Origin: a virus
Virus record (IMG/VR): IMGVR_UViG_3300021476_000423
Span: 42,908 to 106,907 of that record
Length of the DNA stretch: 64,000 nt
Direction: 5' to 3' (one strand)
Part shown: positions 47,921 to 55,842 of the stretch, one piece after another
Layout of the letters: every line of letters starts with the position of its first letter
Numbering within the stretch: position 1 is the first letter of the stretch
Notes under the pieces: model-generated
Seen by the model: the letters and a program-made list of their open reading frames with translations, nothing else
Told to the model about the DNA's origin: nothing
The model's database searches: none
Translations under genes and position numbers: made by a program

Positions 47921-48589
47921 CTATTTGACCTCATCAGCCCCTAATAAAGATTCATCGGGAACCACAGTCTCAAAGGACTCAAGTGGTGGGATAATGACCG
48001 TATTGGGGTTTTCCTTGGGTCTCAGATAAGACCACACTAGAACGTAGAAGACTGTAGCAATGGCCTTAGTCCCAACATTATTGGCCGGAATACACAAGTC
48101 CACCCCCTCAAGAGTGGCATCGGTATTGCAGATGGCAATGACAGGAATGCCCTGACTGGCCGCTTCATCCATTGCTCTGCGCTCAAATTTGAGGGGTTCC
48201 CCTATCTTAGTGGGCACTCCACAAGTAGGGTCAGCAACAAGCAAAACGTCACACTCCTGATAGTATTTCATCAGAGGATTACTCAGAGTTCCGGCATACA
48301 TCCTACCCTGAAGAGTGGTAACTTTTGTTGCCATATGGAAGGATTTTATTCCATTCTCGAATCGTTTGTCGGTTGCGTAGACAACAGGACTTTGGCTCTT
48401 TCTCATGAACTTGCCAGCCACATCAAGTCTATCCAACACCAACTTGGGGTCTAGGATGGGATTGCCAGCCAAAGAGATTTCCTTGACAAAGGGTTTCATG
48501 TCTTTACTTACCTGTCCCTTTTTACCGAAGAGAATGCCAGTGGCTTCGAACACAGCCTCAGTAAGTGAGGCAGGTAATTCGAATGTCAT
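47921..48589 (-). CDS. rps2: Divergent archaeal ribosomal protein uS2 homologue
   Basis: DMKPFV, LDRLDVAGKF, GRMYAGTLSNP, DVLLVADP, EA...GIPVIAICNTD, VDLCIPANN.G..AI. Confidence 0.9.
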   Translation of the reverse strand: MTFELPASLTEAVFEATGILFGKKGQVSKDMKPFVKEISLAGNPILDPKLVLDRLDVAGKFMRKSQSPVVYATDKRFENGIKSFHMATKVTTLQGRMYAGTLSNPLMKYYQECDVLLVADPTCGVPTKIGEPLKFERRAMDEAASQGIPVIAICNTDATLEGVDLCIPANNVGTKAIATVFYVLVWSYLRPKENPNTVIIPPLESFETVVPDESLLGADEVK

Positions 48590-48780
48590 CTGACGATTCT
48601 CACCACTTTCTTAGGATTAGGATTCGGAATGACGATTTCAATAACGTGCCCTGTATCGTTGATAATGTGATAGTCGTAAATGATGATTTCATCATTAGGT
48701 GGCATAATTCTCCTAATGTCATTTCCGCTTGGTGGAACAGCAGTTGCAACCTTGAGTTTATCGTTATTGGCTAACTTCAC
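48586..48780 (-). CDS. Microprotein with MKLANNDKL N-terminus
   Basis: GTG start; ATGA-coupled to uS2. Confidence 0.6.
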   Translation of the reverse strand: MKLANNDKLKVATAVPPSGNDIRRIMPPNDEIIIYDYHIINDTGHVIEIVIPNPNPKKVVRIVR

Positions 48781-49987
48781 TCTTCTTCACTTTGTCTACG
48801 GCTTTGACAAGTTCATTGAGAAGCACTTCAGAATCGTTCACCAAACCCTTCGCAGACCCGGCTGGCTGAAGTCCACCACCATCTATGTAAGCAGGGTTGG
48901 CCGACCTAAAGACCTTTCCAATGTGAAGTCCCGGCTTCATCTTGTAAACGTTTGCACCACTAGAGGCAAGAACAGCCACTTCGGTTGGGCCACGCCCTGA
49001 GATGTGAATCTCCACGCCGGGTATGTCATTGATGACAAACTGTGCCTTCTTGGTCATCCCAAGCCGTTTGCTGGCGAGAGCCGCACCAAGGTTCCATTTG
49101 TGACTTAGAATGGTCACATCAAAATCGGGATAGTGGAGTAGAGTAGAATTACCCTTACCTTCGGCCTTGGAATGCTCCTTCTCCCATTCGGCTTGAAGCA
49201 GAAGCAGAACCTTTGTGTTGTTGTTCTTACCGTCCTTAAAGAGTGGAGTCTTCTCAATCTCATCCTTTGTGCCCAACAGTCGGTTGAACTCAATCCAATT
49301 GGAAATCCAATCCATCTCCTTCATGGCGGCAAACGCGAGTAGCGGAGCGTTGTCAAATAGCATTCGGCGTGGAACATGAAGTAGTTTGGCGTAGAAATTG
49401 AGCAAGCCAAAGTCGTAGGATGCACCATCCTTGGTAGACATGAACAAACCAGTGAGGTAGGGCGAAACAGAGAGAAGTTGGGAATAGAGAGCATAACCTC
49501 TCGGATTCCTTTTGGGGTCTGTCGCAACATCGCCCACTAATCCGATGAGTGCCCATCTAACATTGATAGGAACCTTCTCCCTAAACAATTCATAGGCCAG
49601 TCCTGTTGTGCAAGACTCGGTAGTGGAATCATAGAAGAACTTGTCCTTGAACATCGACCTCAGATTGGAGAGTTTGACCTGATATTCGTTCATGGTTTCA
49701 GGAGTCTCAACTATGGGGTCGGGAGGATGATTATCCAAAATCGTGACACCTGCTCCTGTTCCAAGGATGTCTAAAGCCACATCCAGCATCTCAAGACCGC
49801 TTCCAAGGTCAAGGAGATAGACTTGCTTGGGGTCGTAAGAAAGAATCTTCTGAACATCCTGCTTCTGAACACCAAAGATGTTCCACTTCTGAAATAGGGT
49901 GGTAGCATCGGGGTAAGCCGACGCTACAATCTTTGCGGCGCAGAGTCCATCAGAGTCTTCGTCTGAAAAGATAAGAGTATCAACCAT
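48764..49987 (-). CDS. DHH/DHHA1 phosphoesterase (RecJ/GAN/Cdc45-like)
   Basis: DEDSDG, LDLG, LDNH, GLVGD, ISGR, GGGL. Confidence 0.8.
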   Translation of the reverse strand: MVDTLIFSDEDSDGLCAAKIVASAYPDATTLFQKWNIFGVQKQDVQKILSYDPKQVYLLDLGSGLEMLDVALDILGTGAGVTILDNHPPDPIVETPETMNEYQVKLSNLRSMFKDKFFYDSTTESCTTGLAYELFREKVPINVRWALIGLVGDVATDPKRNPRGYALYSQLLSVSPYLTGLFMSTKDGASYDFGLLNFYAKLLHVPRRMLFDNAPLLAFAAMKEMDWISNWIEFNRLLGTKDEIEKTPLFKDGKNNNTKVLLLLQAEWEKEHSKAEGKGNSTLLHYPDFDVTILSHKWNLGAALASKRLGMTKKAQFVINDIPGVEIHISGRGPTEVAVLASSGANVYKMKPGLHIGKVFRSANPAYIDGGGLQPAGSAKGLVNDSEVLLNELVKAVDKVKKSEVSQ

Positions 49988-49998
49988 GTGATTGACCT

Positions 49999-50694
49999 CT
50001 ATATCGAGACACTTCCCAAGTTGCCGTAGGGTTCCAACTTCTTGTGGACGAACTCAAGCACATCGACATCAATTTTGTTGTGCTTCATCACATACTTGAT
50101 GCTCTTGCTGAGACCGTATCCTGCAAGAATCCAGTCGTCTGGATTGATTTCTGTCTTCTGCTCTGGTGCGCCCAAGAACTTGGCTATCACATCCAACCTA
50201 TTGGAGTGGAGAGCCAACTTATACTTGGCCAGAAGGTAGGTGTCCAGACCAAACATCTGTCTGTAGACGGGGAATTTGATTCCATACTTCAGGAATCGGG
50301 TTCTGAGGAATCTTACGTCAAGTCCACGCTGGATGGTTCCGTAGTGGCATACGATGATGTCATACTGTGGAAGTATCTTAGCAAGGTCTCTGAGAATCCG
50401 GCGGTCAGTGACCACCTTTCCCAACTTCTTGCTCAGTGCTACATCTGCTTCAGTGATAGCCTCTTGATAGTAGATTTTCTTGTCCCTCTCTTTTGCAGTC
50501 CATGAAATGCACACTCCAAAGTCTGCGGCTAACTGGCTCACTTCTATATCTAGATAGAGAACCTTCGCATCCTTCAGTCGGGCCTTTTCCCAACACGCTA
50601 AATGTGTGCAAGCATCGCCACCATCCTTGCAAGTGAAGACTCTGTGTCTATGTTCACAGATGAAAGACCTTATGTCGAGTTTCTTTGTTGTCAT
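49999..50694 (-). CDS. DEDD/RNase H-like 3'-5' exonuclease
   Basis: LDIE, HYG...LDV, DTY, NRLD, HNKIDV. Confidence 0.8.
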   Translation of the reverse strand: MTTKKLDIRSFICEHRHRVFTCKDGGDACTHLACWEKARLKDAKVLYLDIEVSQLAADFGVCISWTAKERDKKIYYQEAITEADVALSKKLGKVVTDRRILRDLAKILPQYDIIVCHYGTIQRGLDVRFLRTRFLKYGIKFPVYRQMFGLDTYLLAKYKLALHSNRLDVIAKFLGAPEQKTEINPDDWILAGYGLSKSIKYVMKHNKIDVDVLEFVHKKLEPYGNLGSVSI

Positions 50695-50698
50695 CTTT

Positions 50699-51109
50699 TT
50701 ACCTCTTCACTACGATGCTTCCTTTGGGCACTATATAGGTGTTTTTGAGATAATGGATTAGAATGTCACATTTTACTCTCTTTATCTTGAGATATGGTTG
50801 TAAAGCATAACAAATACGAAGAACGTCAATCTTCGCTTGAACTCGCCACTCAATTTGGGCATGGGGATTTGAACCACTATAGCCCTTTCCCACAAAATAT
50901 CTCTTTGGCCGAAAATAGATATGACCTGCCGCAAAGAAACGCTGTATCTCCTTCATAAGAGCCATATTTGTAGGCGTATGTATAACTGCAAATTTCACTG
51001 TGCCCTTTTTATGGGCATATGTTTTCCCTTTGTAGTGGGAACTACTATTACTTAAAAAGAAACTGCCTTCACCATCCATGAGACCTGCTATATATTGAGC
51101 AGAAAGCAC
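50699..51109 (-). CDS. Free-standing single-motif LAGLIDADG homing endonuclease
   Basis: YIAGLMDGEGSF; LQPYLKIKR. Confidence 0.85.
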   Translation of the reverse strand: MLSAQYIAGLMDGEGSFFLSNSSSHYKGKTYAHKKGTVKFAVIHTPTNMALMKEIQRFFAAGHIYFRPKRYFVGKGYSGSNPHAQIEWRVQAKIDVLRICYALQPYLKIKRVKCDILIHYLKNTYIVPKGSIVVKR

Positions 51110-51729
51110 TATCTCACTATCTTTACTGCGTCTCCAACAGTTTGAAGATTCTCTTCTGTGCCTACATCAACGGCCTTTGTCTTAATGACCTTGAAATCCG
51201 TTCCACGCTGAATCATTCGTGCCGTCACATCACCTATCTTGCCGTGAGTCAATTGACCATTGGTCAGGAGTAGATTGGTGGTAGTTTTGAACATCCCACT
51301 GAAACTGCCATCTGCTTTCATTACAACTGCGTTCTTGGCCGCAAGAAAGTCATCGACCCAATTGAAGTCCAGTCCGAAGTAGAGGTCGATAGGCGATATG
51401 ACGACTTCATCCATCTCATGATTCATGGCTAATGAGGCCGCACCACTCGTTACCCACAATGAGGGATTGTTGACATTCCCTAACGAGTTCTGAGTATCGA
51501 GAAACAGACTCATGTTTCGACCCAAATCCTTACCGTAGGTGAAATACCAGTTGTTCCAGAAGCCCTGAAAGACTCTATTATGAATAATCCATACCGTATC
51601 TGATGGTATGTTGTCGATGACTGCTTCAAAGAGATATTTGCCAGTCACCATGTCGGTAAGAAGATGCTTTGGAAGGGCTGTTTGTGGATATCCCCCTGCC
51701 ATGAGTATTAGTGCCCGTTTCTCACTCAT
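51109..51729 (-). CDS. Sugar-phosphate nucleotidyltransferase-like protein (divergent)
   Basis: ALILMAGG..LPKHLL, D, DVGT. Confidence 0.65.
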   Translation of the reverse strand: MSEKRALILMAGGYPQTALPKHLLTDMVTGKYLFEAVIDNIPSDTVWIIHNRVFQGFWNNWYFTYGKDLGRNMSLFLDTQNSLGNVNNPSLWVTSGAASLAMNHEMDEVVISPIDLYFGLDFNWVDDFLAAKNAVVMKADGSFSGMFKTTTNLLLTNGQLTHGKIGDVTARMIQRGTDFKVIKTKAVDVGTEENLQTVGDAVKIVR

Positions 51730-51764
51730 TGATTAGCCTCTCTTTAGCAGGGTTAATAAGGATT

Positions 51765-52619
51765 CTAAGCCGTTGAAGGCTTTGCGACCATATTCGTGCC
51801 CCTTCTGATAGTCCAGAAGTCACTAGCCAACTGAGCATCGGCTAGGTAGTCGAAGGGAATGTAGAAGTAACCGTGGTCTCCCCAACCAGTGCCCCATGAG
51901 TTGCGGCAGATGAACCACTGCTTCTCATCGTCATATCCTAGACACATGACTGCGTGACCTCCCAAAACAGGTTCCAAGCCCGAAGGCATAGGTATGATGC
52001 CTGTCGAATCTGCTGATGGACTCTCGAAACTCGCATAGACAGTGAATCCGTAGACGAAGGGATAGCCAGCATCGAGACAAGCCTTCATGTCGGCCAGACT
52101 GGTGATTTTGAAGTATTGCACAATTTCGTGATTGCTGGCTTCAACGTAGGCCGCTTGTGGCGGTTGGACAGCGAATTGGTTGATGTCGTAGGGCCAAGTC
52201 GTCTCATAACAGGAACCCTGACTTGCTAGAGTCTTGATTCCATCTCTTATCTCTGCACCAGAATCCGAACTTGTCGTTCCTTCGATAACCCTTTCGTTGT
52301 AGTAGACGAACAACCGACTGAATGCTTGGTCGGGTAGGCTGTCTTTAACCTCTAGAAACTGCAAAGCCCCTGCTAGAGCATTTGCAGTGCAACTACCAAG
52401 TTGTCCTTGGTCTTCGATGGGTGAATCATCGGAACGCAAATCTACCTTCTTATTATCGGAAGGCTGTGGTTTGGGTTTTGGATGGAAAAGATTGACTAGC
52501 CACTCGAAAAAGTAACCAATGGGTGTCTTCGGAAGAGGCTCTTTCACATCTTGACCCGCATGGTAGATGAAGTCTCTTTCGTCGGGCTTGTCCTTAATCC
52601 AACCATAAGAATGTGGCAT
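51765..52619 (-). CDS. Papain-like (C1A) cysteine protease
   Basis: DQGQLGSCTANA, SRLFVYY, GGHAV, RNSWG..WG..GY. Confidence 0.92.
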   Translation of the reverse strand: MPHSYGWIKDKPDERDFIYHAGQDVKEPLPKTPIGYFFEWLVNLFHPKPKPQPSDNKKVDLRSDDSPIEDQGQLGSCTANALAGALQFLEVKDSLPDQAFSRLFVYYNERVIEGTTSSDSGAEIRDGIKTLASQGSCYETTWPYDINQFAVQPPQAAYVEASNHEIVQYFKITSLADMKACLDAGYPFVYGFTVYASFESPSADSTGIIPMPSGLEPVLGGHAVMCLGYDDEKQWFICRNSWGTGWGDHGYFYIPFDYLADAQLASDFWTIRRGTNMVAKPSTA

Positions 52620-52673
52620 ACACTAATCATAGGAAGGCATAGGTATTTAAGGCTGGCGGCTGATAAAGTCTCT

Positions 52674-53132
52674 ATGGCATCAATTACAGGTTTCGGAACA
52701 GAGGGTGTTCCATCCTTCCAACTAATCTCAACAACCAACATTTCGACCAACAAAACAATCCAAATTCAGTCGGATGACGCTCTCGTTTTCAACTTCAATG
52801 CGGCAGATGGAACTTTCATCGGTCAAATCGCTTCACCAGATGGAGCAGGGCCATATGTCGCTTCTGGCTCTCTTATTCCTGTGCCCTATCCTACTACAGT
52901 CACAGTAACAGTGCTTGATAAGTCAACACAAGTTCAGTTGGGAATGACCACACTCCAACTCTTCGGCGGCGATGTCTTCAAATGCAGAGTCTCCTACAAA
53001 GAGTATGTTCCCATCGCCAATGGTTATGTCGCAGTCCTTCTCAACGGCCAACAAACCATCGTGCGGGGTCAAATCTACGGCGATTTACCCTATGATAATG
53101 ACGATGTGATTCCGAGAGGCGGAGCAGGTTAG
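52674..53132 (+). CDS. Beta-rich hypothetical protein, possibly virion
   Basis: Start MASITGFG at 52674, about 24 nt after a shared TATA. Confidence 0.55.
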   Translation: MASITGFGTEGVPSFQLISTTNISTNKTIQIQSDDALVFNFNAADGTFIGQIASPDGAGPYVASGSLIPVPYPTTVTVTVLDKSTQVQLGMTTLQLFGGDVFKCRVSYKEYVPIANGYVAVLLNGQQTIVRGQIYGDLPYDNDDVIPRGGAG

Positions 53133-53264
53133 GCTCTTGTTTGCGGCCCCTTTGCCGCATTTTCATGTTCCTCAGAACAATAGGCGGTGCGCCGCCAACC
53201 TGTTCCATCGTTAAATCCATCGACTCTCTCACCAATCCTCAGATGGTCAGAGTCGATTATCTTC

Positions 53265-53528
53265 TTACACACTCGACACTCTAGTATCAACTGTTCTCAA
53301 CTTTTCTCGAAGTTCGGCTCTTTCATTGGACAACCTTTCTTCCGGCCTATCGAAGTAGGCTTCGAAATTGAAAGCATTGTCTTTGAAGTATGGGTCGTTG
53401 GGGTCAGAAGAGAAGAAGTTAACGTGCCATACCTTGGCCTCTGGATTTTGACACTCTAAAAGACCATCCACATCTGTCAGAAAATAGTGACAGACAGGAC
53501 AAGGAATGTTGGTTTCTTCCATTGGCAT
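53265..53528 (-). CDS. Zn-ribbon small protein
   Basis: CPVC...CQN. Confidence 0.5.
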   Translation of the reverse strand: MPMEETNIPCPVCHYFLTDVDGLLECQNPEAKVWHVNFFSSDPNDPYFKDNAFNFEAYFDRPEERLSNERAELREKLRTVDTRVSSV

Positions 53529-53532
53529 AATC

Positions 53533-53667
53533 TCATTCCTTTGAGGAAGGCTCCAACTTTTCGTGGAAGCCTCTATCTATAGATACTGTTCCTGCTCCAT
53601 GACATAATGGACAAGTTTCGACACTCATTTCATGAACAATCAATTTATCTTCGTTTGTCAATTTCAA
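53533..53667 (-). CDS. 44-aa microprotein MKLTNEDKL...CPLCHGAG (not in ORF track)
   Basis: TTG start overlapping the Alba stop. Confidence 0.6.
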   Translation of the reverse strand: MKLTNEDKLIVHEMSVETCPLCHGAGTVSIDRGFHEKLEPSSKE

Positions 53668-54155
53668 TTCCCCGTCACTGGTTGAGATGGAAGTGGGTCT
53701 GACGTATAGGATGGTTCAGTAACGCCCGGATAATGGGGCGAAAGAAAGTAAGGAACCTCAACAACTCGACCATCAGCCGGAATGGTTATTGAAGAGAAGT
53801 TGGATGGCGGTCTGTAGACTAGGATGGATATGGTAGGAACTTCCCTTTCCTTTCCATCATCTCCCTTCATTTGAACAGATGAGATGATGGGCTGAAGAAT
53901 GAAGCCTGAATAAAGTGGCCCTACAGCAGTAGCGGTTGATAACACTCTCTTCAAGAGTCTGAAGGCCACGAGAATGGCTCGTGGAATGAAATTACCTCTT
54001 GCCTCAATCTGAACTCCCATCATGGCGTTCTTATTGAGTTCTCTTTGAGCCGCTTCGACATAAACGTTGAGAGGCTTACGGCCTACGAAAACAGATGGAT
54101 ACTTCAGAGCCAAGAACCCCGAAGTAGTTGCGGTTGTTGTGATGGTAGTTGCCAT
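53664..54155 (-). CDS. alba: Alba (Sac10b) chromatin/RNA-binding protein with N- and C-terminal extensions
   Basis: VFVGRKPLNVYV, IEARGNFIPRAI, G.EREVPTISI. Confidence 0.85.
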   Translation of the reverse strand: MATTITTTATTSGFLALKYPSVFVGRKPLNVYVEAAQRELNKNAMMGVQIEARGNFIPRAILVAFRLLKRVLSTATAVGPLYSGFILQPIISSVQMKGDDGKEREVPTISILVYRPPSNFSSITIPADGRVVEVPYFLSPHYPGVTEPSYTSDPLPSQPVTGN

Positions 54156-54164
54156 TGGACTCGC

Positions 54165-54395
54165 CTACGACATTCCCATCGGCCCTAATAGTTCTCGCTC
54201 TTCCTTGCGGAAGGTTTCGTCGAGAACCGACCTGAAAACCACTCCCATGACTACGAGTTTGGCTTCAATTAGGGCGTGTTCCTCTTCAAGTTCATCGAAT
54301 AAGGCTTTGACTTCTTCAGAAGTCAAATCCTTCCGAAGAGATTGTGCGAAGTCCAACGCCTTGGCTTCTGTTTCTCGTGTGAATCTGCTTGGCAT
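54165..54395 (-). CDS. Small helical protein
   Basis: Leaderless after AATCTTTATATAG. Confidence 0.55.
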   Translation of the reverse strand: MPSRFTRETEAKALDFAQSLRKDLTSEEVKALFDELEEEHALIEAKLVVMGVVFRSVLDETFRKEERELLGPMGMS

Positions 54396-54439
54396 TGCAA
54401 CAGGGTTGGTTTGGAGACTATATAAAGATTCAGTAGATT

Positions 54440-54552
54440 GGGATTACAGGTTCGCACACTCTCGATACGCACCTTACGGGAGCGTCGGCCCAATAGTAGA
54501 GGGGTTTACCCCAATACGGTGCGGGGTCTCGCTAACTAAGCCCTGCAATCCC
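54440..54552 (-). ncRNA. Putative ~113-nt structured non-coding RNA
   Basis: 11-bp terminal stem GGGAUUGCAGG/CCUGUAAUCCC (G-U on the minus strand), internal hairpins, own AGAATCTTTAAAA promoter about 24 nt upstream. Confidence 0.6.
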
Positions 54553-54589
54553 GCAACCCTTAGATACTCGCAATGTTTTAAAGATTCTG

Positions 54590-55045
54590 ATGAAACGCTG
54601 GCATCTAACACTTCTGAAGTTGTTTGCATTCTCGATAGTCTATGGTCTTTTCTTCATCAATTGGATTGACCTCTTCAATGTAACAATCCCGGCCTACCAC
54701 ATCTGGTTTCTTAGTATGCTCTTCATGCCCTTCTTTATCTCGGTCATCTTCTACGGTAAGAGAGACATAGAACTCTTCGTCGCCCTTGGTCTAATGTCGA
54801 GCCTCATGAATGATGTCTTCTACTTTGCCATTGGTGACGCACTCTTTAGTTTCCATGTTGCTCTGATTCCGTGGTGGGCCAACCAATTTGGGCTAAACGG
54901 CTGGAACCCCTGTTTTGTGTTCCAAGGCGGCTTTTTCCACTTTACAGTCGTTAGTTGGATGATGGGGAGTTCAATCTATGCTCGGATTGTGGTTGTAGGT
55001 GTTATTTTGCGCCAATATTGGAAAAAGTGGCTATCCAACGGTTAG
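54590..55045 (+). CDS. Multi-pass membrane protein
   Basis: Four hydrophobic segments, NDVFYF. Confidence 0.6.
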   Translation: MKRWHLTLLKLFAFSIVYGLFFINWIDLFNVTIPAYHIWFLSMLFMPFFISVIFYGKRDIELFVALGLMSSLMNDVFYFAIGDALFSFHVALIPWWANQFGLNGWNPCFVFQGGFFHFTVVSWMMGSSIYARIVVVGVILRQYWKKWLSNG

Positions 55046-55104
55046 CCAAACAATCCTTATTAGGTTCTCAAATCTATGTCTTGCGGGGAATGAGGTAAAT
55101 AGCA

Positions 55105-55563
55105 ATGGGAACACACCTCCGAAAGAGGAAGTTGCTGTCTGAAAGCGTGTATGTCAACCAAGTTGGCACAGGAATCCAATTCTCTTCTGACCTCAAAAAG
55201 AGAACAACTCTCGCCGAAGAGACCATGAAACGACTTTTGATGAATCTCCATCTGAAATTTGTCTTTCAGAAACCATTCTTTGTTCCATTTAAGAGACAAC
55301 TTTCGTATGGTTTGAGGAAGTTTTACATTGTGGATTTCGATATACCACAGTTGTCGCTTGTTGTAGAAGTAGATGGAAAACAGCACAGCGAACCCAAAGC
55401 CCAAGATTATGATTCGATAAGGGATGCTTGGTTGCGACGCGATTGCTATAGAGAAGTAAGGCGATTTACTAATGACCAAGTGCTTAATAACCCTGATTGG
55501 GTGCAGGAAGAATTGCTGAAGATTATGGAAGGTCGGGGTTTTCGCATTTTGAGCCGAGCCTGA
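55105..55563 (+). CDS. DUF559/Vsr-like endonuclease
   Basis: FQKP, YIVDF, VVEVDGKQH, D..RD..L, RFTN. Confidence 0.85.
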   Translation: MGTHLRKRKLLSESVYVNQVGTGIQFSSDLKKRTTLAEETMKRLLMNLHLKFVFQKPFFVPFKRQLSYGLRKFYIVDFDIPQLSLVVEVDGKQHSEPKAQDYDSIRDAWLRRDCYREVRRFTNDQVLNNPDWVQEELLKIMEGRGFRILSRA

Positions 55564-55596
55564 ACATTTATAAAGGCTGTATATTATGGGTAGACT

Positions 55597-55842
55597 ATGG
55601 CACAAGTAATCACTGCTCGCAACAGAGCCGACTATGAGGCGAAAGTGAAGGCGGCTTTGAAGTCCAAATACAAGGAAGGGGAGACTGTGAACTTTGAGGA
55701 GTTCAAGTATCAGTTTGGTGTGAAGGTGCAAAACATCCGTAAGGTCGTGGATGACCTACAGAAAGAGGGTTACAACATCCTGCTACCTTTGCGGGAGCCG
55801 ACGCAGGGCCGGGAGGGAAGAGGGCCGGGTGCGACGGTATGA
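55597..55842 (+). CDS. Small HTH protein
   Basis: FGVKVQNIRKVVDDLQKEGY. Confidence 0.55.
   Translation: MAQVITARNRADYEAKVKAALKSKYKEGETVNFEEFKYQFGVKVQNIRKVVDDLQKEGYNILLPLREPTQGREGRGPGATV

Noticed and set aside
50699-51109. LAGLIDADG gene as part of an intron or intein
   Set aside because: Flanking genes are complete and different, and the ORF is directly coupled to them, so it is free-standing
9043-53667. Treating the ANxDKL tag as a canonical PIP box
   Set aside because: Gln is replaced by Asn or Glu in two members and the aromatic pair is missing; kept only as one hypothesis
27915-54155. Host chromosomal DNA or a chimera explaining uS2, Alba and Lon
   Set aside because: These genes are divergent, interleaved and coupled with viral genes, use the same promoters, and (checked for uS2) share the k-mer avoidance; no ribosomal operon context
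54431-54460. Similarity of CCTGTAATCCCA to SRP/Alu RNA
   Set aside because: Short match that here forms the 3' strand of a terminal stem; no SRP helix 8 motif and far too short
54587-54597. Hammerhead core (CTGATGA..GAAA)
   Set aside because: No stem II or flanking stems; it is simply the start of ORF 54590
54067-55731. Long antisense or shadow ORFs such as 54067..54669, 55060..55731, 5626..6183, 59485..59988 and 61989..62522
   Set aside because: They overlap motif-supported genes on the other strand, lack promoters and have no recognisable motifs
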